A stretch of 64,000 nucleotides of DNA from an uncultured Gemmatimonadaceae bacterium (GTDB lineage: Bacteria > Gemmatimonadota > Gemmatimonadetes > Gemmatimonadales > Gemmatimonadaceae), in assembly GCA_963761305.1 (NCBI GenBank), contig CAVXGK010000002.1:3355431-3419430 (forward strand), in the 5' to 3' direction. The stretch's first letter is position 1; each line of letters begins with the position of its first letter. Below are positions 30,842-41,306 of this stretch, piece by piece. The notes below the pieces were generated by a model. The model had not been told where the DNA came from, searched no databases, and saw only the letters and a program-made list of their open reading frames with translations. A program made the translations under genes and the position numbers.

Positions 30842-31049
30842 GTCCCCCTACATGTGCTTATCCGCGACCCGCGATTTGGCTACATCCGGTAACCGCCGGC
30901 GACGGTTGTTTTCGTCATCGGCGCGTCATGGCCGACGTTCGCGTGACCGGCGCACACCGGTTAAGCCGTCGGATCGCCGGTTTATAGAACTGGAATATAT
31001 TGATACATAGCCAAAATGCCGTCGGCGGATAAGCCTAAGTAGGGGGGAC
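30842..31049. mobile_element. ~210-bp inverted-repeat-bounded element (MITE-like), copy X
   Basis: GTCCCCCTACATGTGCTTATCCGCGAC.. and ..GTCGGCGGATAAGCCTAAGTAGGGGGGAC form ~40-bp imperfect terminal IRs. Confidence 0.55.
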
Positions 31050-31226
31050 GATGCCGACGAGATCCGCGACGATTGGAGGGTAGGGGGCGGTGTACTCAAA
31101 GCCCGATTCCTACGTGGCTTGATCGGGATCGCCGTACCAATCGAGACTCTAGGCGTCAGCGACAGGCGTCAGCATCAGGCCGAAATCCGGCCGACACATC
31201 ACCCCTTCTGGGAACGGGGACGCCGG

Positions 31227-31292
31227 CCGTTCACGAAGGGCACGATGAACACATCCGGCTGGACGAGACCTCGTACCGCTGGCCGTCGTCTA
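31227..31292 (-). pseudogene. internally deleted Uma2 fragment
   Basis: Encodes DDGQRYEV and LVQPDVFIVP; immediately left of element copy 10. Confidence 0.75.
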
Positions 31293-31300
31293 CCGGCGTC

Positions 31301-31414
31301 TCACGCACCGAGCCCCCCGAGGTCTTCCGCGCGACCAGTGCAATATTGCCGATACAGCCTGGCAGTATTGCCTCGGCTCGCGCTCCAGACCCCGGGCCGG
31401 CTCGGTGCTGCCTC
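31301..31414 (+). repeat. hairpin element copy 10 (arm A only, subtype II)
   Basis: GACCAGTGCAATATTGCCG..GGCAGTATTGCCTCGGCTC; outer stem GCACCGAGCC/GGCTCGGTGC. Confidence 0.9.
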
Positions 31415-32085
31415 CGTGTACGCCCGTGATTCCGCGCTGTGCGATGCGTCATTCGGCGGCGGCACCCGTCCAACCGACGGCGGGGCTCGGGCATCCGCAC
31501 GCCTCGGTTGATCGCCCGCGCCGCCCAACGACTTGCGCGTCGACGCCTGACGACTCGGCGTCGTTGAACGTACGCCGCTCACTGCGACCGGTGCGCTGAG
31601 CGGCGAGTCCGGTTCGACGACCCGATGCGAACGCACGATTCGAGGCAGTCGGCCGATTCGACGATGTGGGAAGCGAATGGGTTGGCGGCGCGTCGTGATC
31701 GATTGACCGCCACGTCCGATTCATCGCTCCTTCGTTCCGGTCGCTCGGCGGCGACGACGAAACCAGTGACAGCGAGGTCGAGTCAGGTGGCGGTCGAATT
31801 CGGCGCGATGCTCGCGGCGCGCGGTTCGGTGGTCGTCGAGTCGATAGCGGCGGCCGACGATTCGAAACGGCGGGATCGAACGGAAAACTGCGGTGATCGA
31901 CACGCACGGAGCGGCGGCGACAGGATCCGGCCGCCGATCGGGTCGAGAACGGTGCGCTGACCGCGGCGTCCGAACAGCTCGACGGCGAGTGCGCTACGCG
32001 CAACCGCGGAAGCGCGCGGAGGAACGGATCGACGTCGCGGCGTTGCGAGAACGATTGGGGCCGAGGTAGTTCGCGTCGACTCGAG

Positions 32086-32301
32086 CCCTCCTACTTGGGT
32101 ATTATCGCCGACCGCCATTTCGGGTACCTGTGGCGTTGTGATACGCTTTTCTAAACTATCAATCGAGAATGTTTACTGAGAAGCCGCGTCAGCCGATCGT
32201 CAGCTGATCGCCGTGCTGACGATCGGCTGACATTTCGGATGTTTTCCGAAGGGTGCGAGGTACCCGAAACACGGGTCGGCGATAATACCCAAGTAGAGGG
32301 G
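32086..32301. mobile_element. ~215-bp inverted-repeat-bounded element (MITE-like), copy Y
   Basis: 32086-32129 and 32258-32301 are inverted (AGGTACCCGAAA..GTCGGCGATAATACCCAAGTAG); IRs resemble those of copy X. Confidence 0.6.
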
Positions 32302-32817
32302 AGCGTGTCGCTTTCTTCGCGGGCCCCGATGGCGGAGCCGGAGCCGGAACATCGCTGACGGAAATGTCGTAGATCGCGCGCACTGCCCGTTTCGGCGGAC
32401 GAACGTCGTCACGTAGTTGCCGTGGTCGGTCATCACGACTTTCGTGGTATCCGCAGGCGGTTTCGGTCGCAATTCCAGCGTGTACGTCCCGTACTCGCTC
32501 GCCAAGGAATCCATGGCTTGCAATGATACGGTCTTCAGTTGAAACCGAAAATTTCCCATCGCCAGGAATCCATTGATCGTTTTTCGAATCGCGTCAGTCC
32601 CGACGGCGGCGGGTTGATTGAGATTGAGAAATACGGCGTCCGGCGCGTAATACTGCGTGACCATCGAATCGACGGCGCCTTGGGCGATCCACTGCATCTG
32701 CCGAGCGTCCATGCGTTCGATGGTATCTCGAATCGCGGCTGCGTCAGTTGGTGTTGCTTCTGGCGCCTTGGCTGCACATCCGATCACGCCCAGCCAGAGC
32801 CACGGGGTAATTCTCAT
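32300..32817 (-). CDS. NTF2-like (DUF4440/SnoaL) lipoprotein; frameshift near 32383, 3' end uncertain
   Basis: Lipobox VIGC; YYAPDAV..GTDAIR..GNYVTTFVRRNGQ. Confidence 0.75.
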
Positions 32818-32925
32818 GCGCCTGTCCGCTCTCCTTGGATGTTGAGACTCAGCGCGTTTCAACTGACGATGCTGTGAGATGCGTCCTGCCAACGTGCATG
32901 GCGAAAGGCAAGGCGCATTGGGGCC

Positions 32926-33434
32926 TCACGGCTGGCTCGTCGGCGACGGCTTGGACGCTGCGCTGTCGGACGTCGTGTAGGGACGCGCAAAGGTGGCCTC
33001 AATCGTCCAGTGGCCATCGATCTTCTTCCACACGCGCAGCGCCGGAACCGCTGAAGCTCGTATGGGCGCCCGTATCGCCGACGTCGTACGAGATCGTGAA
33101 TCGGCGAAGTCGATACGCCATGTCACCGGAGCGGGCGACCTCGAGTCGAACGATGTTTTCGGTTCGCTTGGAGTTGCGTCGCTGGGCTACGGCGGTCGGG
33201 TTTGTCGGCTTGGCGGTGGCTGACTGATCTTGCCCAATGATCGGTCGAGCGTACGCACCAGACCAAAAGATTGAGTCGGGTGAATACGCGGCGCCGTCCG
33301 TGCGGCGGCACGAATTGCTGCCTCTTCCGCCTCAAGATTCGGCTTTCCAGTCTGTTTGACTGCCCCTTGCGCGCGGCACTGGTCGTCGCGATCGCGACGG
33401 CGCAGAGGGCCAGGAACGTGAGACGTGGACGCAT
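32926..33434 (-). pseudogene. fragmented second NTF2-like secreted protein
   Basis: Signal peptide MRPRLTFLALC, AEEAAIRAA and LRVWKKIDGHWTIEA in different frames. Confidence 0.45.
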
Positions 33435-33569
33435 CGCCCCTCCTCGTTGAATGGACGCTCGAGGCGAGGATATGTGGGACCACGTATCAGCGCATGGGCC
33501 GAACGGCCTATGCGCGCCGTTGTCGACCTAGGCGCTTAGTGTGCTAGTTCTCGACGCTCGTGAACCCGT

Positions 33570-34129
33570 CTACCGGTCAAGCACCTCGGCAAAATAGGCC
33601 GGTACGTCCAGCACGAACGGCATCGAGGCACCCTCCGGCGTCCACTCGACGCGCAGGTCGAGCACGTCGATGCGTGAATCCGCCGGCGTGGATCGCTCGA
33701 ACGTTCGCGCATCGAGATCGACGATCCAGAACTCCGCCACGCTCTCTTCGCGATACAAGGCGCGCTTCTCGACGCGGTCTTGTCGAGCTGTACTCGGCGA
33801 CAACACTTCCGCCGCGAGGAGCAGCCGCTTCGCCTCGCCGAAGGAGCGGGGACGGCGACCGTCGACGAGGGGCACGACGAACACGTCCGGCTGAACGAGG
33901 CGCTCGGGTGAGAACAACGACATCCGCCGGCGCCGACGAGCGCGTAGCCGACCCGCTCTCGGTCCAGGTACTCGGCGAGTCGCCGGTGCAGGATCGCGAC
34001 GGCGGCCTGATGGTCGTAGGACGGCGACGGCGTCACGAACAGCTCGCCGTCGATGACCTCGTACCGCTGGCCGTCGTCGGGCAGGTCCTGGAGGTCGTTC
34101 ACGGTCCATTGCCGTCTGAACGCGGGCAT
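33570..34129 (-). CDS. Uma2 family endonuclease, copy 3 (frameshifts near 33915-33940)
   Basis: N-half in ORF 33536..34180, C-half in ORF 33570..34289. Confidence 0.9.
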
Positions 34130-34245
34130 GAGCATACGATAGGCAACTCGGCGCCGAGTGAGCAAGCGAGCACGAGCCAACGCTACATGGGAGCAGCGAC
34201 GGGGATGTCATCGTCGTCTTGCCGTCGCAACGAATCCATTCGGGC

Positions 34246-34579
34246 GCACGCGCTCGAGGTGTCATCCACACGCTCGAGGTGTCATTCACACGCTCGAGGT
34301 GTCATTCACACGCTCGAGGTGTCATTCACGCGCCCGAGCCGCCCGGGGTCGTTCCGCGCGACCGCTCGCAGTATTGCCGATACTGCCGGCAATACTGCAA
34401 CGGCTCGCGCTCCAGACCCCGGGCCGTCTCGGGCGCTGCCTCCGTGTGCGTGCGCGTGCGTGTGCGCGGTGAGCCTGACCCGAGCACGACACGAGCGCGA
34501 CACGCAGCGACGCGCGCTCGCAGTCAGTCGTTCGCCGATTCGAGTGGGCGAGCGGGTGGGACAGTCCCACTCCGAGCCC
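34246..34579 (+). repeat. hairpin element copy 11 (20-nt tandem x4, arm A from 34326, collapsed arm B)
   Basis: Same as copy 9 but with two extra 20-nt units. Confidence 0.9.
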
Positions 34580-34699
34580 TCGGGCCCGCGGATCCGCGCG
34601 TGAGGAACGGATCGGCGTGGCGGCTGGTTCATGACGTCCAGCAGCATCGCCGTCGTGTACTCGGCTTCGGCCTCTTCCCAGCTGGCCAAAACCATGGTG

Positions 34700-35344
34700 T
34701 CAACTCAGCGAGAACGGCGGATACTCGTCGTGCAGCAACAGGAGGTACGCCTCCACGCGCGTGCTCCAGCGCAACGCGCCGACGCCGAAGTTGTAGAGCG
34801 ATGCCGGGAATTCGCCGGTCAGAATGATCATGACCCACGCGATGAGCGTGGTGATCGCCCACGCGACGCCGATAAACCACAGGGCGATGAACTGCGGTAT
34901 GAGCAGGATGATTCGAAACGCCACGGACAACCGATTGCGCGCCCCGGCGGGAGACTCGAACTGGAGCGATGCTGGATACTCGGCGTCGCCGAATGGCGGA
35001 TACTCGTCGCGGAGCAAGGCGAAGTAGGCGGCGGCGCGGACGCGCCAGCGTAGATAGTAGAGCGCGAGACTGCGAAGGCCCGCGGGATACTCTCCGCCGA
35101 ACACGATCGCAAACCACGCGATGAGTGCGCAGACTCCCGCGACGGCGCCGAGCACTCCGGGCGTCGCGCCCCACTGGGCGGTGGGCTGGCTAGACGAGCG
35201 CCACGCGATCGTCAAACCAAACGTGAGGGGTGTGCCGACGAGCAGGAGATGCGGGATCGCGAGAATGGGCCGAAACGCGACCGTGAGGCGGTTTCGACCG
35301 GTGAGCGCCGGCGCGACTGAGACATCGACGACGTGTTCAGGCAT
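34700..35344 (-). CDS. DUF4389 domain membrane protein, copy 2 (intact)
   Basis: Uninterrupted ORF with two RNRL..DEYPPF repeats. Confidence 0.9.
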   Translation of the reverse strand: MPEHVVDVSVAPALTGRNRLTVAFRPILAIPHLLLVGTPLTFGLTIAWRSSSQPTAQWGATPGVLGAVAGVCALIAWFAIVFGGEYPAGLRSLALYYLRWRVRAAAYFALLRDEYPPFGDAEYPASLQFESPAGARNRLSVAFRIILLIPQFIALWFIGVAWAITTLIAWVMIILTGEFPASLYNFGVGALRWSTRVEAYLLLLHDEYPPFSLS

Positions 35345-35642
35345 GGTCGGACTCACCGCACGACGCAGCCGCTGATCTCGACGCGACCGTCGCGCGCGCG
35401 TACAGGTCGGGGACCTGCGCGCCGCGTTTAGCCCAATGAAGATCGTAGACGGGGTCCCTGGCGCCGAACCCAGTGAGTCGGTCCAGGCCGAGTGGGTCCC
35501 GATGTCGGCGTTCCAGGCGCAAAGTCGTGTTCATCGTTAGTGCGCGGAGAAGGCGCGCTGCCGTCTTGTCAGGTTCGGCGGGTGCGGGCGCCTTGTTCTG
35601 GCACCGGCCGGGGGCCACTCACAACTATCGAAGGAGATCGAC

Positions 35643-37040
35643 ATGTCGACGAACCGCGCAGCAGAGATCGAGCGTCAGATTATTTCGAGGACGGCCGCGA
35701 CCGACACCTCTGCTGTAACGACCGACCGGGCAGGCAAACCCACATCAGAACACGAGGCGCCCGCACCGAAGTACCGCTTTCCCGCCAATCCGCCGCGGCG
35801 TCCTCAGCAGCTACGCAAGCGATTTGGTTCGCAGCCTGCGCTGCCTCACCTCAGTCCGAGCGAGCTGCGATTCGTCGAAACCATTGAGCCAGATTTTGTT
35901 TGGATCGAGAGCGTGCAGTGGGGGAACTTGGTCCCGCAAGACGCCTCGTACAAGGGCAGCGCCGGCGGCGGCAACTCCATCTATGTGCAGCCGCAAGGCG
36001 CGATGCGACTGAACTACCACATCTGGAAAGGCATACTTCCGTTCACCGAAGGGGTGCTCGTTGCGAAGGTTGGCGATGGAGTGATGTCGCCGACGCATTT
36101 GGATGTGACCTTGTCAGCTCCGCTTTCAGACACAACCGGCGTGTTCGAAGTGAGCGACTGGCTCGCGCCGTTTCCGAATACGCTCTTCGGCTACCACCAG
36201 GTTGTGCTCGAACTTTGGGCGGTAAATCCTGAAGGTCAGCCCTTGCCTCCCGAATCCCAAGGCGATGTCGCCGACCCGAGGTTGTTCAGTCTGGAGAGTT
36301 CAGACTGGGCCTGGCTCTGGATCGATCCTCAGTGCCAAAAGTACGGCGGACTTGCCTGGACCAAGCTGACGAATTTCAGCGTCACGCCGACGACGGTCGC
36401 GCTTGATGCGAGCGGAACCAAGATCGGAGCAAACCAGAAGGTCACAGTCGAGTGGCAGTGCACTGACGCGGGCCTGCCCGAGACGCAGTACGGCTATCCC
36501 GGCAGCTGGCGCGGCATCCGGATCTACCTCCCCGACGGGTCAGCGGTCGATAGTCAGGCCATGGCCGGTCCGATGCCCATCGATCTGAGCGGGAAGCTGT
36601 TCAAGTATGGAATAAGCATTCTAGCAAACGATCCGAGCGGCTGCGGCTTTGGTCCCGTGACCGTCCAGCTCACCGGCAACAAGCCCAACGCGCCGCCAGC
36701 ACCGGCGACGCCGGCCGACCTCGTCGCGCTGAACACTTGGATGGACCCGCAGTTTCCCGCGGCGGGCGAGACCTTCACCGTCTGGTTCACGTGTCAGAAT
36801 ATCGGCGGAAAGGCGACTGGCGCGTTCACCGCGCGCCTGGAGCTCGACAATGGAGCGCAGGCCCAAGACATAGCTGTTACCAGTCTGTCCCCTGGCGAAG
36901 CGCAGAGCATTTGGTGGAGACTCGACGGCGGTCTACCGGCGGGAGATCACTGGGTGTACTGCTATCTCGATTCGACGGGCATCGTGGCTGAATCAACAAA
37001 AGCCAACAACGTTGGCTACAACGGATTCATCGTGGGTTAG
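35643..37040 (+). CDS. CARDB-domain protein
   Basis: AGGAG RBS; C-terminal ADLV..QNIGG..D..GIVAESTKANN CARDB motif; no signal peptide seen. Confidence 0.8.
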   Translation: MSTNRAAEIERQIISRTAATDTSAVTTDRAGKPTSEHEAPAPKYRFPANPPRRPQQLRKRFGSQPALPHLSPSELRFVETIEPDFVWIESVQWGNLVPQDASYKGSAGGGNSIYVQPQGAMRLNYHIWKGILPFTEGVLVAKVGDGVMSPTHLDVTLSAPLSDTTGVFEVSDWLAPFPNTLFGYHQVVLELWAVNPEGQPLPPESQGDVADPRLFSLESSDWAWLWIDPQCQKYGGLAWTKLTNFSVTPTTVALDASGTKIGANQKVTVEWQCTDAGLPETQYGYPGSWRGIRIYLPDGSAVDSQAMAGPMPIDLSGKLFKYGISILANDPSGCGFGPVTVQLTGNKPNAPPAPATPADLVALNTWMDPQFPAAGETFTVWFTCQNIGGKATGAFTARLELDNGAQAQDIAVTSLSPGEAQSIWWRLDGGLPAGDHWVYCYLDSTGIVAESTKANNVGYNGFIVG

Positions 37041-37128
37041 TGCGGCTGCTGATGCACGGAGGTGGCCAAATCCGTTGGCGGGGGCATATTCGGTCCGTCA
37101 CGCCCCTCAATGGCCGGAGAATGACGCC

Positions 37129-38810
37129 ATGACTTCCTCGCCCGCGATTCGTGCCCTCGCGTGTATCGTGCCGCTCTTCATCGCCTCGACGCTCGGCGCT
37201 CAGCAGACCGTCCCAAGCGACCTCGGGACCCGGATCGATCACATCTTCGATCGCTTCACGCGAACGACGCCCGGATGCGGCGTCGGGCTCGCGAAGGACG
37301 GTCGGACGTTGTATACGCACGGCTACGGCTCGTCGAATCTCGAGTACGACGTGCCCAACAGCGAGAACACGGTGTTCGAGAGCGGCTCCGTGGCGAAGCA
37401 GTTCACGGCGAGCGCGATGCTCATGCTTGTCGCGGACGGCAAGCTCTCGCTCGACGACGACATTCATAAGTATCTGCCGGAGGTGCCGTCGTTCGGCGGA
37501 CAGAGGATCACGATCCGCAACCTGCTGACGCACACGAGCGGTCTACGCGACCAGTGGGGACTCCTGGGAATCGAGGGACGAGGTCCGGGCACGCAGGTCC
37601 ATTCGCCGCTCACGACGCTCGATCTCGTCGTCCACCAGAAGATGCTGAACTTCCCGCCGGGGAGCGACTACCTGTACAGCAACACCGGCTACGCGCTCGC
37701 CGCGTTGATCGTCGAACGCGTCAGCGGCAAGACGCTCCAGGAGTTCACTCAGGAGCGGCTCTTCAAGCCCCTCGGCATGACCCACACGCAGTTGCGCGAC
37801 GATTTCACGCGTGTGGTCCCGAATCGCGCCACGGCGTACAGTGGTGCCGAGGCCACCGGGTTTCATCAGGACATGCCGTTCACGAACATGATCGGCAACG
37901 GCGGCGTGCTCAGCACGATGGGCGATCTAATGAAGTGGAACGAGAATCTGGATCATCCGACCGTCGGTGGGCCCAAGTACGTCGAAGCGATCGAGACGCA
38001 GATGCGCCTCACAACGGCCGGTTGCTCACGTACGCCCTGGGGCTCGAGGTCGTGGACTACCAGGGCATCCGTGAAATTGGGCACAGCGGATCGACGGCGG
38101 GCTATCGGACGTTTCTTGCGCGCTATCCCGACCAGCACGTGTCGGCGGCCGTTTGGTGCAACGCGGCGTACGCGAATCCCACGTCGCTGCTCCATCAGGT
38201 GGTCGATCTCGTCCTGGTCAAGCCGTCGGGTGTCGCACAGCAGCAGGCCGTCTCGGAGAACGTGACGCGGTTGCCGGCCGAGGTGCTGTCGAAATGGGCG
38301 GGGATGTATCGGGATCGCACACGGATCAAACGATCACGCTGTCGGTCGCCAACGGGTCGCTATCGACCGGCGGACGTGGCGGCGGGGCTTGGATGCCGCT
38401 GGCGGCGGATCATTTTCGGGCGCCGCTGGGCGACGTCACGTTGAGCGGCGCCGCCGGCGGACGTGCGCTGCGGCTGATTCGTGCGGATGGGGATACGGTT
38501 CGTTACGAGGAGGTTCGTCCCGCGGCTTCGCCGAGGATCGAGGATTACGCCGGGACGTACACGAGCGACGAGCTGGATGTCGTGCTCACGCTCGCGGTGA
38601 AGGACGGGAAGCTCGTGATGCGGCGGCGGCCGGCGGACGAGTTCGAGCTACGGCCGGTTTATACGGATGATTTCCAGGCCGGTGGCGGGCTTGGCACCGT
38701 CGGTTTACACGAGGCGCGAACGGCAGGGGACGGTCGCGGTCTTCGCGGGGCGGGTGCTCGACGTTCGGTTTCATCGCCGTCTCGGCCCGGCCGGCGCGCT
38801 TCGACAACCC
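37129..38810 (+). CDS. serine hydrolase, beta-lactamase family (several frameshifts)
   Basis: SGSVAK (SxxK), YSN, GHSG; C-terminal YAGTYTSDELD; 3' end approximate. Confidence 0.85.
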
Positions 38811-38822
38811 TGAGACCGCGCG

Positions 38823-39107
38823 TCACGCGCCGAGCCGCCCGGGGTCGTTCCGCGCGACCAGTGCAATATTGCCGACACTGCCCGGCAATATTGCCTCGGC
38901 TCGCGCTCCAGACCCCGGGCCGTCTCGGCGCTGCCTCCGTGTGCACGCCAGCTCACGCGCCGCGATCTTCGCATCGCCGTTCACGCAGTTGCGAACAAAC
39001 GAGCGAGCGAGCGGGTGGGACTGTCCGGAGCGGAGCCGAGGCAGTATTGCCGGGCAGTGTCGGCAATACTGCACTGGTCCGCGGAGGATAGTCCCACCCC
39101 GAGGCCC
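38823..39107 (+). repeat. hairpin element copy 12 (A+B, subtype II)
   Basis: A: GACCAGTGC..GCCTCGGCTC; B: GAGCCGAGGC..GCACTGGTC. Confidence 0.95.
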
Positions 39108-39178
39108 CGCCGAAAAGTCACAACCGCTTCTGCAGCTCCAAGAGCTAAGGCTCAACCAGCCGGAAGCTCGACCCGAGC

Positions 39179-39736
39179 CTACGCGTCCAGGACTTCGGCG
39201 AAGTAGGCCGCCACGTCGATAACCAACGGGCTGGACGCACCCTCCGGCCTCCATTCAATCCGGTCCTCGGGCATCTCGACGCGGGGGTCCGCTGGCGTGG
39301 AGCGTTCGAACGTTCTGGAGTCAAGATCAACGATCCAGAATTCGGGGACGCGCTCGTCGCGATAAAGCGCGCGCTTGACGACACGATCGGCGCGTGCCGT
39401 GCTCGGCGATAGCACTTCCACGGCGAGCAGCAACTGCTTGACATCGGCGAACGACTCTGGAGATCGCCCGCCAACGCCAGGCGCGACGAAGAGATCAGGC
39501 TGAACGCCTCGGCCCGGCGAGAAGACGATCTCCGCTGGCGCGAAGAAGACGTACCCGACCGGTTCGCGATCCAGATAGTCCGCGACGCGCCGATGCAGGA
39601 GGCCCAACGCTCGTTGATGCCGAGCGGATGGCGACGGCGTCACGAACAACTCGCCATCGATGACCTCGTACCGCTGGCCGTCGTCCGGGAGATCTTGGAG
39701 GTCGTCGACGGTCCACTGCCGTCTGAACGCGGGCAT
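39179..39736 (-). CDS. Uma2 family endonuclease, copy 4
   Basis: QPDLFV, AVEVLSP, EFWIVD. Confidence 0.95.
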   Translation of the reverse strand: MPAFRRQWTVDDLQDLPDDGQRYEVIDGELFVTPSPSARHQRALGLLHRRVADYLDREPVGYVFFAPAEIVFSPGRGVQPDLFVAPGVGGRSPESFADVKQLLLAVEVLSPSTARADRVVKRALYRDERVPEFWIVDLDSRTFERSTPADPRVEMPEDRIEWRPEGASSPLVIDVAAYFAEVLDA

Positions 39737-39794
39737 GTGCATACGATAGCTGACTCGGCGCCGAGGGAGCAAGCGAGCATGGCGCCGCGGACGG

Positions 39795-40435
39795 TCACGC
39801 GCCGAGCCGCCCGAGGTCTTCCGCGCGACCAGTGCAATACTGCCGACACTGCTCGGCAGTATTGCCTCGGCTCGCGCTCCAGACCCCGGGCCGTCTCGTC
39901 GCTGCCTCAATGCGCGTGCGGCTCAGCGCTGCGACCCAATGCGCGTGCGGCTCAGCGCTGCGACTCAATGCGCGTGCGGCTCAGCGCTGCGACTGATCGC
40001 GCGTGCGCTGCGGTCGTGGCGCGCGCGTGACGTGGAGATCCACGCGCATGCCGGCGCGCGCGAGGAAGCGCAGCAGCGCCTCGAGTGAAAAGCGCGCTAG
40101 ACGCCCGCGGCGCAGATCGGCGATGCGGAACCGATCGGTGCCGAGTAGCGCGCCGAGGTCGTCGCCATTTCCGTAGCGCAGGGCCTCAGCGAGGTGCGCG
40201 CACGCGTCGCGCTTGAGCGCGGGGATCGGGTCCTCGTAGGGCGACATTCCACACGGTACGTCGGCCCGCCAAGGCGAGTGCAACCATGAGAGCGCACAGG
40301 GGCGCACGTTCTCGCAGTTCGGCGGACCCGGTGAGGCGAGCGGGTGGGGCTGTCCGGAGCGGAGCCGAGGCAGTATTGCCGGGCAGTGTCGGCAATACTG
40401 CACTGGTCCGCGGAGGACAGCCCCACCCCGAGCCC
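39795..40435 (+). repeat. hairpin element copy 13 (subtype II; arm A 39795-39908, arm B 40336-40435) enclosing an XRE gene
   Basis: Arms intact; the normal spacer is replaced by a 29-bp tandem triplication plus an XRE ORF. Confidence 0.9.
39981..40247 (-). CDS. XRE-family (HTH_37-like) regulator, copy 2
   Basis: MSPYEDPIPALKR..LGTDRFRIADLRRGRLARFSLEALLRFL. Confidence 0.85.
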   Translation of the reverse strand: MSPYEDPIPALKRDACAHLAEALRYGNGDDLGALLGTDRFRIADLRRGRLARFSLEALLRFLARAGMRVDLHVTRAPRPQRTRDQSQR

Positions 40436-40454
40436 CGCTACGCGTCTCACGGTG

Positions 40455-41207
40455 CTAATACGTGACCTGAATTCCGGCCGAAAGGATCTGGTCCGTCTTC
40501 TGGAGGAGCGCCGTTCCAGCTGCATTCAGGGGCGGGGCGTTGGCGAAGCGGACGACGTATGAAAACTTCATCGCGGTATGCGCCGACAGCGGCGCCACGA
40601 GGTCCGTTTCCGTGTTGACGCGATAGTCGTTGGAATCCTGAAGATCAGGGATGTATTCGACGTTTTGGAAGACGTAGGCTTCCTTCGTGAAGGAATGCTT
40701 CCAACTCGACGCCTCACGCAGGGCTGAAAAATTGTGGTCCGGACCGATCAGGTTCGTTTGCTCCGTGTATTGGTATCCGGTCTCGATGTTGAACTGATCG
40801 ACATCCGTGGCGAGGATCTTCCAGACGCCGCCGGCCCCCTCGGCGAACCGCGACCGGATGCCCGCGAACTGATTTCGATCGAAGTTCGTGAGTCCATAGA
40901 TCGCGAAATGGCTTGCGACGTCATGGTCGGCGCGGAGACCGGCGCGCAGAAGATTGGACGACTCTATGCCGTCCGTCTTGCCGTAGATCTCGCCGAAATC
41001 CTCTTTGAACGCCCACGTGTCGATGCGCCGGATGTACCGCTCATTCACACTCAGCGTACTGGTGGACGTATTGCCACCGACGACGACAAACCCGACATCA
41101 CCGCTGATTTCTGTCGGTGGGGGTTTCTTCGCGTCTTGCCCTGGCGCCACTCGAGCGAGGAGGCAGAGGCAGCCGACAACCGACAGGGACGTGCCCGCAA
41201 TTCGCAT
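40455..41207 (-). CDS. DUF481 family outer-membrane beta-barrel protein
   Basis: Signal peptide; GGNTSTST; amphipathic strands; terminal GIQVTY. Confidence 0.85.
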   Translation of the reverse strand: MRIAGTSLSVVGCLCLLARVAPGQDAKKPPPTEISGDVGFVVVGGNTSTSTLSVNERYIRRIDTWAFKEDFGEIYGKTDGIESSNLLRAGLRADHDVASHFAIYGLTNFDRNQFAGIRSRFAEGAGGVWKILATDVDQFNIETGYQYTEQTNLIGPDHNFSALREASSWKHSFTKEAYVFQNVEYIPDLQDSNDYRVNTETDLVAPLSAHTAMKFSYVVRFANAPPLNAAGTALLQKTDQILSAGIQVTY

Positions 41208-41306
41208 ATCGTCTCGCGACTTGTCTCGGGTTGAACAGCGAACACGCACGGTCGGGAGTCTATTGCAGACGCAGCCGATCTGCGAGACCGAGCCTGCGCG
41301 GGATGA

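Larger units (their letters stand above)
33563..35344 (+). repeat. segmental duplication copy 2
   Basis: Matches 23554..25294; followed by a 35-bp remnant of the serine hydrolase 5' region at ~35365-35400. Confidence 0.95.

Noticed and set aside
34246..34330. 20-nt tandem units (also 21725, 24236) and the 21-bp array at 27358 as CRISPR
   Set aside because: Units are head-to-tail with no unique spacers, and no cas genes are present. The Cas4-like DUF2779 is not accompanied by cas1/cas2.
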